Shown: positions 9,594-19,108 of the stretch, piece by piece
Layout: every line of letters starts with the position of its first letter
How positions within the stretch are numbered: the first letter of the stretch is position 1
NCBI GenBank assembly: GCA_021792255.1
Contig: JAJYUZ010000002.1
Location: 64,001-128,000 of the forward strand
DNA length: 64,000 bases
Direction of reading: 5' to 3'
DNA from: Thermoplasmata archaeon
Lineage (GTDB): Archaea > Thermoplasmatota > Thermoplasmata > Thermoplasmatales > GCA-001856825
The notes under the pieces: model-generated
The model's input: the letters and a program-made list of their open reading frames with translations, nothing else
Database searches by the model: none
What the model was told of the DNA's origin: nothing
Position numbers and translations under genes: made by a program

Positions 9594-10139
9594 TCAGTGC
9601 TTTTCCTTTTTGAATGTAGAATAAAATGTCAGGAATACGGCCAGAGCTATTATAGAGCCGATTAGAATAATTAATCCGGGATAAAGCAAATAAGGATTTG
9701 CTGGCGCCCTATTCGGGATGAATATGGTATAAGAGACGTTTACTAGAAACGAGTTTCCGTCAGCAGAGGTGATATTTATCGCATAGTTCTGTACAGAAAA
9801 TCCATTGGCATTGCTTTCGTTGAATTCAAAACTATGGTTTTGGGACCCCGAACTGATGGGGTAATACAGCAGGTGTTCCATATTGTTCCTAACGTAGGAT
9901 GCATTGTACATAATGTAGTATTTCACCTCATTCTGAGATGGAAACGTCACATCGACAAGGGTCTTGTAATTATCTTCTGTGCTGAAAGGGAAGGATCGAT
10001 TTGCTTTTTCATTGACGTAACTCAAAGTATACGAGCTGAAGTTCGTGTAGACTGTCGGATGATATTCCTGACTTCCTAAAAATAGACCTAGTCCGATTAT
10101 CATCACTACGGCTATCGTTGCAAGTCGCCTATCCCTCAA
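9594..10139 (-). CDS. Hypothetical membrane protein (N- and C-terminal TM, N-glycosylation-sequon-rich loop); true start may lie further upstream
   Basis: TM at both ends; NFS, NRS, NAS, NHS, NES, NIT and NVS sequons; frame is open about 30 codons upstream without ATG/GTG/TTG. Confidence 0.75.
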   Translation of the reverse strand: MRDRRLATIAVVMIIGLGLFLGSQEYHPTVYTNFSSYTLSYVNEKANRSFPFSTEDNYKTLVDVTFPSQNEVKYYIMYNASYVRNNMEHLLYYPISSGSQNHSFEFNESNANGFSVQNYAINITSADGNSFLVNVSYTIFIPNRAPANPYLLYPGLIILIGSIIALAVFLTFYSTFKKEKH

Positions 10140-10290
10140 GACATTTAGGAGGATCTCCAGGTGGGAGTTTTTCTTTACTTCAGTTATCTTTATTCCTGCC
10201 GTATCTACCGAATCAAAGTATGCACTAATAATTTATCATTTGAGATTGGGTAATACCGGATCAGAGGATTGTTCAAGAATAATGGAAATT

Positions 10291-10316
10291 AAAAATAAAA
10301 TAAAAAAAAGAAAAAA
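10291..10316 (-). terminator. Oligo(U) archaeal terminator after the SBP gene
   Basis: Minus strand reads TTTTTTCTTTTTTTTATTTTATTTTT immediately after TAA at 10317. Confidence 0.75.
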
Positions 10317-13154
10317 TTAAGTTAGGGTTAAGTAGTTGTACATCAGGTCGCCGCCACCGCCCATCATCACATTCTCTTGGTAGTTTGTGATGGTGGATCC
10401 AGTTATGTGCGAGTTGATTACCCAGAATCCTCCCTCTTGGAAGAGGTAGACGTAGAACGTCATGTTGACGAGCATTTCATTCATCGCGTGGAAGTTCTGT
10501 AGTGCAACGGTTGGATTTCCTGTCAGACTGCCATTCAGATATTCGTCTTGCATAGCCGTCAGGTTACTAACCTGTGCTGCCATTCCAGGTACTCCGCTCA
10601 CGGGATTTGATGCGCTGCTGAACCATTCAGGGTAGAATCCATTTGATCCAGGATAGAAGCTGTTGCTCGACGGGTAGGCCATTGGTCCCATGTAGTCCGT
10701 TGGATACGGATAATCTGGTGCCCATCCAAGCTCGTATATTGGAGCTGGATTCTGACCCGCAACTTGCCAGGATAGCAGTGTTGGGAATGATGTGGGTACT
10801 GGAGTGATTACTATACCTGGAATTACCTGTGCCAAATTCTGTCCCCAGGTGGTAGCTCCCTCAACATCGACTGGATCAGCGCTAAATACGAAGACAGGTA
10901 TGTTCAGTACCGCTCCATTGTATAGCACGTTTCCAGAAGATCCAGTAGTAAGACCATCGGCCGCGAAGTAAGCAGAGTTCACAAACGCCGTCCAGTTCTG
11001 TTTAGCATATGCCAGGTTGTATTGCGGTAGGGATACTCCAGCGGATTGCAAAGTCGCATTGCTCTGGTAACCAAACATTCCGTTAGGTAGCATTCCTGTA
11101 TAGCCGTAGCCGAAAGATTCGTTGTAGATTGCATTTCCAACTTGCTGAGCTAGATAATAGGCATAGTCGTAGGAATCAGCAAACGCCCGTCTCACTTGTA
11201 CGCTGTCGAAGAATGACTGCGGAACGTTGGCTTGCGGATATACGCTTGAGAGCATGGTCTCGTTTATGTTGGTGTTTATGTTGTACCAGAACAGCGAGAT
11301 AGTTGCGAATGAATACACATTCACAGTTCCAGATTTCTGAAGACCTTGCACGAGATACCAGTCACTTGTAGGTATTCCTGCCGCAAATGCATATCCAGAT
11401 TTGAGCTGCAGATATCTGGTTGATTCCTGACCTATGTATTCGATGATTATCATGTTTATGGTTGGTTTAGGCTCGTTTCCGCCCGCAGGTGGGTTGTAAG
11501 CAGGATTTGCAATCAGAACTGTTTCAGATGCAGGGACCGTATAGTCTATCATATAAGGCCCACTTGCCATTATGTTGTTCACCAAGTAGCTCACATAGTC
11601 TCCAGCGTTTCCGTGTGCCGTGTAGTTTGCGAAGCCAGCAGCATTCCATCCTATTCCTCCGCCATGAGCCTGAACCCATGCCGCATCAAGGATCTGTACT
11701 CCGCTCGTGAATCCAAGCGTTTCGAATACGAGTGATGGGGCCATTGGTAGCTGATAGTGGATTGTGATGTTGTTCGTAGCGTTACTCCACGTAATGTTCT
11801 GTGTTATGTTATAGAATGTGTTGGAAGCGAAGTAATCTCCGGGTAGCAGATACTGCGCATTGATCCATCCGCCCGTACCAGGAGATCCTGCATCTAGCAA
11901 GAGAAGTCTGGTGAGCGAGAATGCAACATCCCATGCAGTAATAGAACTGCCATCAGCGAATGTAGCATTTGACCTTAGATGGATTGTATAATTCTCATAA
12001 GGCTGTATGGTTACATTGTAGGGACCATTTGGCCCGTTTACCGTGTAGTTAGCCCAGTTCGTGTTAATTCCTCCGTTGGTGGTGGTTGGAAGATATGCAG
12101 CTAAGTATGGGAAGAAGTTAGAAGAACTGCTTCCATTGTAGCCGAATAGTGTTATTTCGGTGTTAAGTGCAATTTCGTAACTTACCGTATCGTATTCTAT
12201 TGCTGGATCCAAGGTCTTGTATCCTCCGGTTTCAGCCTCTGCGTTGACAAAGGTCGTAGAACCTGCTGCCGTAGTAGAGTACAGGGTTGCTGTTGCGAAC
12301 ACTGGTATGTCGGTATAATATGGGGTACTAACAACGGTAGAACTATTTACCGCACCCGAAGTTGCGTTGACGACTGCGGTATAGGTAATCAGCTCGAGCT
12401 GGTAATATCCAGCAGAGAGTGATAGATTGTAGATTGCACTGCTCAGCGGTAGCTCAAACATTCCCGAAGAGTTGTTGAAGTAATAAGGTAGCGCTGCAAC
12501 ACTCACTAAAGATCCATTGTGTATGACCTCTAGGATTTGGTTTACTACTTGATAGTTCGAATTGGCTGGTGGAGTGAAGTAACCGAGAAGCAGTGATAAG
12601 CTAGTTCCCGGAGCGTATATCCACGTGTTAGAGACGACTGGGGCTGCTGACGAGGATTGCAGAGCGATGTCTCCATAGGAACTGGTGTCGGGGAGACTAG
12701 ATGCTGCTGCGCTCATACCTATCGGTAGTAATTCTTTGTTGCTGGTAAAGGTCCCGTTTGCGAAGTTAACTACGAAGTACACATAGTAGTTTCCAGGCGA
12801 TGTGTACGTGTGAGACAGTGTTACCGTATTAGAACCATTATACGATGCAACCTGAGGAGAGCCATCTCCCCAGTAAAAGTCTATGCTGTTGAACTTGCCG
12901 TTTGTTGTGACATTTACATTGTAGGGCGTGTTGTACTGTGCGACTGCTGTTTGGGATGTTATACTGGCGGTTGTTCCGTTCGATGTCGAGGTAGTCGTCG
13001 GGTGGTAGAATGCAATGACTCCTAAAGCAGCAATAATCACAACCAAAACTATGATTATCGCGAGCCATTTCGTGTTGGAAGCACCTTGCTTTTTGGGAGG
13101 CACTGGTGCTGTACCAGACATCGATGGTTGGTTGTCCTTTTGATCACTTGTCAT
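10317..13154 (-). CDS. dppA: ABC peptide substrate-binding protein (family 5) with N-terminal TM anchor and PKD-like domain
   Basis: TM WLAIIIVLVVIIAALG; PKD signature WGDGS...HTYTSPGNY; TLDPA, FADGSSITAWDV, SGPY, VRRAF, GWAPDYPYP; SD GGAGG at 13164-13168 favours ATG 13154. Confidence 0.9.
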   Translation of the reverse strand: MTSDQKDNQPSMSGTAPVPPKKQGASNTKWLAIIIVLVVIIAALGVIAFYHPTTTSTSNGTTASITSQTAVAQYNTPYNVNVTTNGKFNSIDFYWGDGSPQVASYNGSNTVTLSHTYTSPGNYYVYFVVNFANGTFTSNKELLPIGMSAAASSLPDTSSYGDIALQSSSAAPVVSNTWIYAPGTSLSLLLGYFTPPANSNYQVVNQILEVIHNGSLVSVAALPYYFNNSSGMFELPLSSAIYNLSLSAGYYQLELITYTAVVNATSGAVNSSTVVSTPYYTDIPVFATATLYSTTAAGSTTFVNAEAETGGYKTLDPAIEYDTVSYEIALNTEITLFGYNGSSSSNFFPYLAAYLPTTTNGGINTNWANYTVNGPNGPYNVTIQPYENYTIHLRSNATFADGSSITAWDVAFSLTRLLLLDAGSPGTGGWINAQYLLPGDYFASNTFYNITQNITWSNATNNITIHYQLPMAPSLVFETLGFTSGVQILDAAWVQAHGGGIGWNAAGFANYTAHGNAGDYVSYLVNNIMASGPYMIDYTVPASETVLIANPAYNPPAGGNEPKPTINMIIIEYIGQESTRYLQLKSGYAFAAGIPTSDWYLVQGLQKSGTVNVYSFATISLFWYNINTNINETMLSSVYPQANVPQSFFDSVQVRRAFADSYDYAYYLAQQVGNAIYNESFGYGYTGMLPNGMFGYQSNATLQSAGVSLPQYNLAYAKQNWTAFVNSAYFAADGLTTGSSGNVLYNGAVLNIPVFVFSADPVDVEGATTWGQNLAQVIPGIVITPVPTSFPTLLSWQVAGQNPAPIYELGWAPDYPYPTDYMGPMAYPSSNSFYPGSNGFYPEWFSSASNPVSGVPGMAAQVSNLTAMQDEYLNGSLTGNPTVALQNFHAMNEMLVNMTFYVYLFQEGGFWVINSHITGSTITNYQENVMMGGGGDLMYNYLTLT

Positions 13155-13519
13155 TGACAATTTCCTCCAAAATCTCAGGCTCCTATCCAAAAACCTTTAT
13201 TAAATCTTTTCCTTCGAATTTATTGGACAGAATTGTTTACGAACGAGATATATGTAGTAGTTTCAAGGCATCTAAAATTTTTTTAAGTGACATAAAATTC
13301 CCGAATCGTCAATCGAACAAAGGCATAGCTAGTACTGGGATTTCGGTCTCTCTTTTCGATAACTGTCATTCCAGTTACTAGCGGAGCAACACCAGAAAAT
13401 AATGGATAGAACAAGATGGTGAATCTGGAAAGCTTAAGGTTACCATGAATGTTCGGTTAAAAAAAATTGAGGGAGAATAATGAAAGATGAAAACTCAATC
13501 AATAGAGGTAGTTCAGCTT

Positions 13520-14446
13520 TCACAGGACATATTTGCCAATTTCCTTTGGAAATAGCACGACTTCAGAGATATTTTTGGAACCCGTCAGGAACCTCACAAA
13601 TCTCTCAATACCTATTCCAAACCCTGCGGAAGGAGAGATGCCCTTCCTAGAGGCCTCGAGAAGTAAAGCATAGTCTTCCTGTCTCTGCCCCTTCTTGATT
13701 ATTCGTGAAAGGATCCTCTCAAACTCAAACTCCCTTTCTCCTCCACTGATCGCTTCGCCATACCCGTGAGGATATATCAGGTCCATATCCATTAGTATGC
13801 CCGTCTCATCGTCCTTCTCCCTATCATAGAACTCTCTCTGTTGCAACGGAATGTCTATTATCCAGAAGGGATCTCTTGCCTCGGCACTCATTTTCGCTTC
13901 GAAATCCTCACCATATTCTTCTAGAGCCTCAAGGTACTTGACGCTCCTGAATGGTCTTGGGTATTTTCTGAGGTCGGGGTTCAGTTTATCCCCGTCAATA
14001 TATCGCATCACCCTTGCAATTGAATCGTTGATCATGCCTTCTGCCAGAGCCATTACGGCTCTTCTATCCGCACCCTTGACTTCCAGATCCAGCTGGGTAA
14101 ACTCTGCAAGATGCCTCCCCGTGCTCTTCCTATCCAGAGGTTCGATCCTTATGTTGGGTGAAAAGGAATAGATTTTGTCAAAGTGAACCAATGCGAGCTG
14201 CTTGTGGAAGATCATCGACTTTGTCAGTCTGTATCTGTGACCGTAATAGTCAATCGTAGGATCGTCGACTGGGTGGTTGAGGGGATCTGAGATCGGGGAA
14301 ATCACCACTGGATTGATTTCCAGAAATCCTCTCCTATCCAGGTACCTCTTCATGCTTCCTCTAATTATTGTGTTCACTCTGGTACCGGTGACAATCTTCT
14401 CTTTGTCCTTGAAGAAGAAATTTTCAATTGGATTAGCTTCACTCAT
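13520..14446 (-). CDS. asnA: Archaeal asparagine synthetase A (AS-AR; AspRS/AsnRS catalytic-domain paralog lacking the anticodon domain)
   Basis: ISPISDPL, LTKSMIFHKQ, SPNIRIE, RHLAEFTQLDLE, GEAISGGERE, SAGFGIGIER. Confidence 0.93.
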   Translation of the reverse strand: MSEANPIENFFFKDKEKIVTGTRVNTIIRGSMKRYLDRRGFLEINPVVISPISDPLNHPVDDPTIDYYGHRYRLTKSMIFHKQLALVHFDKIYSFSPNIRIEPLDRKSTGRHLAEFTQLDLEVKGADRRAVMALAEGMINDSIARVMRYIDGDKLNPDLRKYPRPFRSVKYLEALEEYGEDFEAKMSAEARDPFWIIDIPLQQREFYDREKDDETGILMDMDLIYPHGYGEAISGGEREFEFERILSRIIKKGQRQEDYALLLEASRKGISPSAGFGIGIERFVRFLTGSKNISEVVLFPKEIGKYVL

Positions 14447-14541
14447 AGCATCTTCAGTCTTTCATCTCGTATTACCTTTAGTTCAATAAAGACGGACAAA
14501 AAGGCTAGAAAAGGTTAAATTTTTGACTTTACTTTTACATT

Positions 14542-14985
14542 ATGAAAGATTTAGACGAAATAGATGAACAAATTGTCCATTATCTGACCGATAATGGAAG
14601 AGACAGAGTAACGGACATTGCGGATGAGTTGAAACTAAACAGGGTAACGGTCGCTCAGAGGTTGGAAAGATTGGTAAAGAGCGGGGTAATCAGAAAATTT
14701 ACAGTTGAACTCAATTTTGAATCCCTCGGTCTTGATGTTCTAGCTTTCGTATTCATATCCTTCAAGAGAACCGACAGCACAACTCAGGAAGAATTGGCCC
14801 AAATAATTTCTAAACTGGATGGCGTAGAGGAAGTCCATATCATAGCTGGAGAATTTGATATAATGGCGAAAGTGAGAGCGAAAAATTTGAGAGAACTGGG
14901 GGAGAAAGTCGTAAACAAGATCAGGGGGTATTCCGGTGTTGAAAATACATTCTCACACCTCGTTTTCAAAACGGTCAAAGAATGA
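14542..14985 (+). CDS. Lrp/AsnC family transcriptional regulator
   Basis: LDEIDEQI N-terminus, HTH, IAGEFDIM RAM domain. Confidence 0.95.
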   Translation: MKDLDEIDEQIVHYLTDNGRDRVTDIADELKLNRVTVAQRLERLVKSGVIRKFTVELNFESLGLDVLAFVFISFKRTDSTTQEELAQIISKLDGVEEVHIIAGEFDIMAKVRAKNLRELGEKVVNKIRGYSGVENTFSHLVFKTVKE

Positions 14986-15027
14986 TCGAAATGTCCACGG
15001 CTATGTAGGAGTCCGACCGTTTTGCGG

Positions 15028-16119
15028 CTAAGAAGATACCGAACTTGAAACAAATTCCATGAGGGCCTGAGGTAATCTCAGAGGAAGCGAGTAGAGTGCG
15101 TACAGAAACGCCTTTGAGGGATAATCCACATCTCCGACCCTGTTGATCCCAGAAATGCTGGAACTCACAAGAGGTACCCACAGTCCATAGTACTTCTCGA
15201 ACCTATCCAGAAGTCTGCGTATACGGTAGTCCTTCTCTATTTCAGGTCCAAACGAATTTTGCCAGTTTCTTTGATATCCGGAGAGAACATCGTTACCGCT
15301 TTCTATCGCACCGGAGAGGGCATTTCCAGAGTTCAGTGCTGCGTAAAGCCCTCCTCCCGTTGTCGCCTTGCTGAGACCCGCCGCATCTCCAACCAGAAAA
15401 CCTCTTCCCCGCCCCAACTCGGTGGGTCCGATGGGTATCAACCCTCCTCGCTTCCGTACCACCTGACAGTCTCTCGCCATATCTCTGACAACAGCTTCAC
15501 TGTTAGACCCGGAAGCACCTACCTCCACCTCATTCCCGTTTGGAATTTCCCACGAGAAAAAATCCGGAGTCTTTCTCCTGTCAAGATTGATCTTCACCTT
15601 ATCCGATTTCCTCGATAGATCAAACTGGAGGGACTTCAAAAGTCTGGGAGCTTTTATTCCCAAATTTCTCCTGACTTTGCTTGCCGGTCCGTCCGCTCCT
15701 ACGATGAATTTCGCTTCTATTCTTTCGAAACCGTTCTTGGATTTCAAGCTCGCAACGACCTTGTCTTCTTGCTGATAGAACTCCGTGAGTGAAGTCATGA
15801 GTGATAACTCTGCCCCTTCTGAGACCGCCATCGTTGCAAGTTTTTGATCTAGAGCCACCCTGTCCACTACCCTCATCCTCTTCGAGCTCAGTGAGAAGGA
15901 TCCGACCGGAGTCGAAATCTCTGCAGTCAAAGGATTGTCGGTGACCAGCTCCCCTCCGACAATGTCCACGACTCTCTCGTCGACCAGGCCTGAACAGTGA
16001 TTGGGGATTCCAACCTTCTCTTTCAGGTCTACCATTTTGACCTTGAACCCCTTCCTCGAAAGTTGATAGGAAACGTTGGAGCCAGCAGGTCCAGCACCTA
16101 TCACGAGAGCATCGTACAC
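15028..16119 (-). CDS. Geranylgeranyl reductase-family FAD oxidoreductase
   Basis: GAGPAG, CSG, VDRVALD, GADG, FSWEIP, GDAAG...TGGG. Confidence 0.85.
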   Translation of the reverse strand: MYDALVIGAGPAGSNVSYQLSRKGFKVKMVDLKEKVGIPNHCSGLVDERVVDIVGGELVTDNPLTAEISTPVGSFSLSSKRMRVVDRVALDQKLATMAVSEGAELSLMTSLTEFYQQEDKVVASLKSKNGFERIEAKFIVGADGPASKVRRNLGIKAPRLLKSLQFDLSRKSDKVKINLDRRKTPDFFSWEIPNGNEVEVGASGSNSEAVVRDMARDCQVVRKRGGLIPIGPTELGRGRGFLVGDAAGLSKATTGGGLYAALNSGNALSGAIESGNDVLSGYQRNWQNSFGPEIEKDYRIRRLLDRFEKYYGLWVPLVSSSISGINRVGDVDYPSKAFLYALYSLPLRLPQALMEFVSSSVSS

Positions 16120-16173
16120 CTGGTCCTATTAAAACTTAAGTATTAAAATTAAATGGACGGGAAAGGTGCAATA

Positions 16174-16629
16174 ATGGCGAGGATGCATACTAGGAAGAGA
16201 GGAAGGGCAGGATCGAAACATCCGATTAGAGAAGGAAAGCCCAGTTGGGTTACAATGGATAATGAAGAGCTAGATCAACTCATAGTCAAATTGAAAAAAG
16301 AAGGTCTAACGAAATCTAAATTGGGCATGGTACTGAGAGACCAGTATGGCATTCCAAAGGTCAAGGAAATCAGAGGAACGAGAATTTCTAAAATTCTTGA
16401 AACCAATGGAGTGAAGGATCAGGTGCCCGAAGATCTTGCAGCGTTAATTAAGAAGGCCGTTAACCTGAACAAGCATCTTGGTTTTAACCCCAAGGATCTA
16501 AAGAATAAACGAGGACTAGCATTGGTCGAAGCAAAGATCAAGAGGCTCAGTGATTATTATAGAAGAAAGAGCAAACTTCCGACGGGGTGGAGTTACTCTA
16601 AGGCCACGTCAGAACTAAGCATCAAATGA
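16174..16629 (+). CDS. rps15: 30S ribosomal protein uS15
   Basis: MARMHTRKRG, LRDQYGIP, PEDL, EAKIKRLSDYY, GWSY. Confidence 0.98.
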   Translation: MARMHTRKRGRAGSKHPIREGKPSWVTMDNEELDQLIVKLKKEGLTKSKLGMVLRDQYGIPKVKEIRGTRISKILETNGVKDQVPEDLAALIKKAVNLNKHLGFNPKDLKNKRGLALVEAKIKRLSDYYRRKSKLPTGWSYSKATSELSIK

Positions 16630-17942
16630 TCTCGCTCAATGGGGCATACTCATCAAAAATAGAAGAAGCGAGGAAGGTCATAGAGAGAGAGGATTTTTTC
16701 AGGGTGTTCAGTCACTACGACGCTGACGGTGTTTCGTCTGCGCTAATCCTGGTTGAAAGCCTCAGGAGAATGGAAAAGGATTTTCACCTTTCATTCCTGC
16801 GGTCAATGGAACTGGACATCATAAAAGAGTCAGCGGAATATCCGGTAATACTGAGCGATCTGGGAACCGATATTTCAGAGAATCTCAGATCCAGCAGTGT
16901 TATCATAGTCGACCACCACATGATTTCTGGCTCTGACGACAAGAATGTCACAAACTTGAATCCAAGGAAATATGGCTACGATGGCACAAAGGATGCGTGT
17001 TCCAGTACCGTGGCATTTCTTCTCTCGATGGCTCTTGATGAAGCCAATTCGGATATGTTTCCTGCCTTTATGGCGGGGGTCATAGGAGATAAGCAGAACG
17101 TTGGTGGATTCAATGGAATCAACGCCTTGCTCGTGGACGATTCAAAGAGCAGGTACCAATCCTCAAAGGATCTGAACCTCTCTGGGAAGACGGCCTCTGA
17201 GGCAATTTATCTTTCCATAGAACCTTACTTCTCCGGATTGAGCGGAAATTTGGAGGAATCCAGATTCTTCTTGCAAAACATGGCAATAGACCCGGACTCA
17301 CCCATTACAAACTTGAGAACAGACGAGAAGGAGAAAATTGCAGACTCTCTAACAATACGACTGATCAAACAAAATGCCGCAAGAGAGGGATACGAGACTC
17401 TGGTATCGGATGTCTTCAATTTCAAGAATCTGGGTTTGACCGGGAATCAACTTTCTGATTATTTTGATGCAGCGGGAAGGAACGGAAAGATGGGGCTTCC
17501 TACTTCTTGGTACATGGGGAATGAGGAGGCGAAGGAAGAGATGGACTCCCTCTCCACCAAACTGAAGAAAGAGGCTATAGAGCAGATAAAGCGATCGTAC
17601 GAAACCAAGAAGGAGATGAACAATTTCCATTTAGCTTACGTCGAGAATCCTTATCTCGCTGGGATTGCTGCGAGCACACTTATGCTGTACCTGCTACAGG
17701 GATCTAAACCCGTCATCGCACTGTACAGAAATAAAGGGACGAAGGTCTCAGGAAGATCTACCAGGGAACTGGTCTTGAAGGGAGTAGACCTTTCTGCTGC
17801 GATCGGAAGTGCAGCCGCCAAAGTGGGAGGTCACGGCGGAGGTCACGATATAGCTGCTGGAGGAGAGATTCCATTCGACAAGGAAGAAGAGTTTCTCAAC
17901 GCACTCAATGAGGAACTAGGCGAGCAGATTGGAAGTTCCTAA
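16626..17942 (+). CDS. RecJ/Cdc45-like DHH phosphoesterase (GAN-type by synteny with rps15)
   Basis: HYDADG, SDLG, DHH, GVIGD, DHHA1 GGGHDIAAG; ATGA overlap with rps15. Confidence 0.9.
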   Translation: MISLNGAYSSKIEEARKVIEREDFFRVFSHYDADGVSSALILVESLRRMEKDFHLSFLRSMELDIIKESAEYPVILSDLGTDISENLRSSSVIIVDHHMISGSDDKNVTNLNPRKYGYDGTKDACSSTVAFLLSMALDEANSDMFPAFMAGVIGDKQNVGGFNGINALLVDDSKSRYQSSKDLNLSGKTASEAIYLSIEPYFSGLSGNLEESRFFLQNMAIDPDSPITNLRTDEKEKIADSLTIRLIKQNAAREGYETLVSDVFNFKNLGLTGNQLSDYFDAAGRNGKMGLPTSWYMGNEEAKEEMDSLSTKLKKEAIEQIKRSYETKKEMNNFHLAYVENPYLAGIAASTLMLYLLQGSKPVIALYRNKGTKVSGRSTRELVLKGVDLSAAIGSAAAKVGGHGGGHDIAAGGEIPFDKEEEFLNALNEELGEQIGSS

Positions 17943-18666
17943 GAGCCATCCCAGATACGAGAGCCTGAAGAAGAGGGAAATACTGCTGGATTTTTACGAG
18001 AAAGGAATAGTGACAATCTCCGGATTGATATCTCAGGGAAGAGGGGAAGCCTTCGATTACCTCTTAGGAGAAAAGAGCCAAGATTTCGCCCTCGAGGCTG
18101 AGAAAGCAGCGCTCGAGAAATTGACTCAGTCAAACAGACCCGTGATCTCGGTCAATGGAAACGTTGCAGCACTTGCCGGAGAGGAGATCGTAAGATTTGC
18201 AAAGAAGTACAACATAACAGTTGAGGCAAACATCTTCTACTGGTCAAAGGAAAGAATGAAAAAAATTGTGAGTTATTTCGAGAGCATCGGACTTCATGTC
18301 CTCGGTCTGAACCAGGACGCACAGATACCTGGTCTGGAAAGCGACAGGGGAAAGTGCGAAAAGGATGGAATTTTTACGGCCGATACAGTCCTGATTCCTT
18401 TGGAAGATGGAGATAGAGCAGAGGCACTCAAGAGAATGGGTAAATTTGTCATAACCATTGATCTCAACCCACTCTCAAGGACGTCGAAATTCGGGGACAT
18501 AACGATAGTAGATGAAGTACAGAGGGCATTCACCAACCTGACCAATTTCAAGAAGGAGGATTATTCGGGGAAAGTGAGCTCATTCAAGAATGAGAGAAAT
18601 GCGGCGAGGGTAGTCACATTCATTGGAGAAAGAATGGCCACGATGAATGAATGGCCGGAGTCATGA
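17929..18666 (+). CDS. pps: Phosphopantothenate synthetase (4-phosphopantoate--beta-alanine ligase)
   Basis: HPRYESL, GRGEAFDYLLGE, SVNGN, PLEDGDR, IDLNPLSRT. Confidence 0.95.
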   Translation: MEVPKSHPRYESLKKREILLDFYEKGIVTISGLISQGRGEAFDYLLGEKSQDFALEAEKAALEKLTQSNRPVISVNGNVAALAGEEIVRFAKKYNITVEANIFYWSKERMKKIVSYFESIGLHVLGLNQDAQIPGLESDRGKCEKDGIFTADTVLIPLEDGDRAEALKRMGKFVITIDLNPLSRTSKFGDITIVDEVQRAFTNLTNFKKEDYSGKVSSFKNERNAARVVTFIGERMATMNEWPES

Positions 18667-19080
18667 CCTCGTTTTTAGCATCTTTATAATCTTTCTTGTG
18701 CCATTGAATTCGCTTTCAGAATACTGGGAGATCCTTACAACCTTCAGGTCAATTCCCCTCTTCTTGCCCTCATTTATGATCTCTTCTGAGTCGAAATCCT
18801 GATCGTACCCTAGTGCGACTATGTTCGGCTTGACCGTAGTTAGAATGTCGTAGATGTTCCCCTCGACTCCGAGAATCGCCTCGTCCACTGGCTTTAGGGA
18901 GGCCACCATTGCTAGCCTTATGTTTTCAGGAATGAAAGGCAGTCTCTTCATTTTTTGAGCAACAGAATCTCTAGCAACGACCACTACCAGCTCGTCCCCT
19001 AGCTTTTTCGCTTCCGTGAGGAAGTGGACATGGCCCGGGTGAAGTATGTCAAAAACTCCCGTCGCAAGAATTCTGATCAT
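18661..19080 (-). CDS. ribL: Archaeal FAD synthase (cytidylyltransferase fold)
   Basis: ATGVFDILHPGH, GDELVVVVARD, LGYDQ. Confidence 0.9.
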   Translation of the reverse strand: MIRILATGVFDILHPGHVHFLTEAKKLGDELVVVVARDSVAQKMKRLPFIPENIRLAMVASLKPVDEAILGVEGNIYDILTTVKPNIVALGYDQDFDSEEIINEGKKRGIDLKVVRISQYSESEFNGTRKIIKMLKTRS

Positions 19081-19108
19081 TTAAGAGGAATTCAGCTTAG
19101 CTAAATAA

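Noticed and set aside
13480-13650. 56-aa plus-strand ORF with upstream GAGGGAG
   Set aside because: Mostly antisense to the asnA 3' end with no protein-like features
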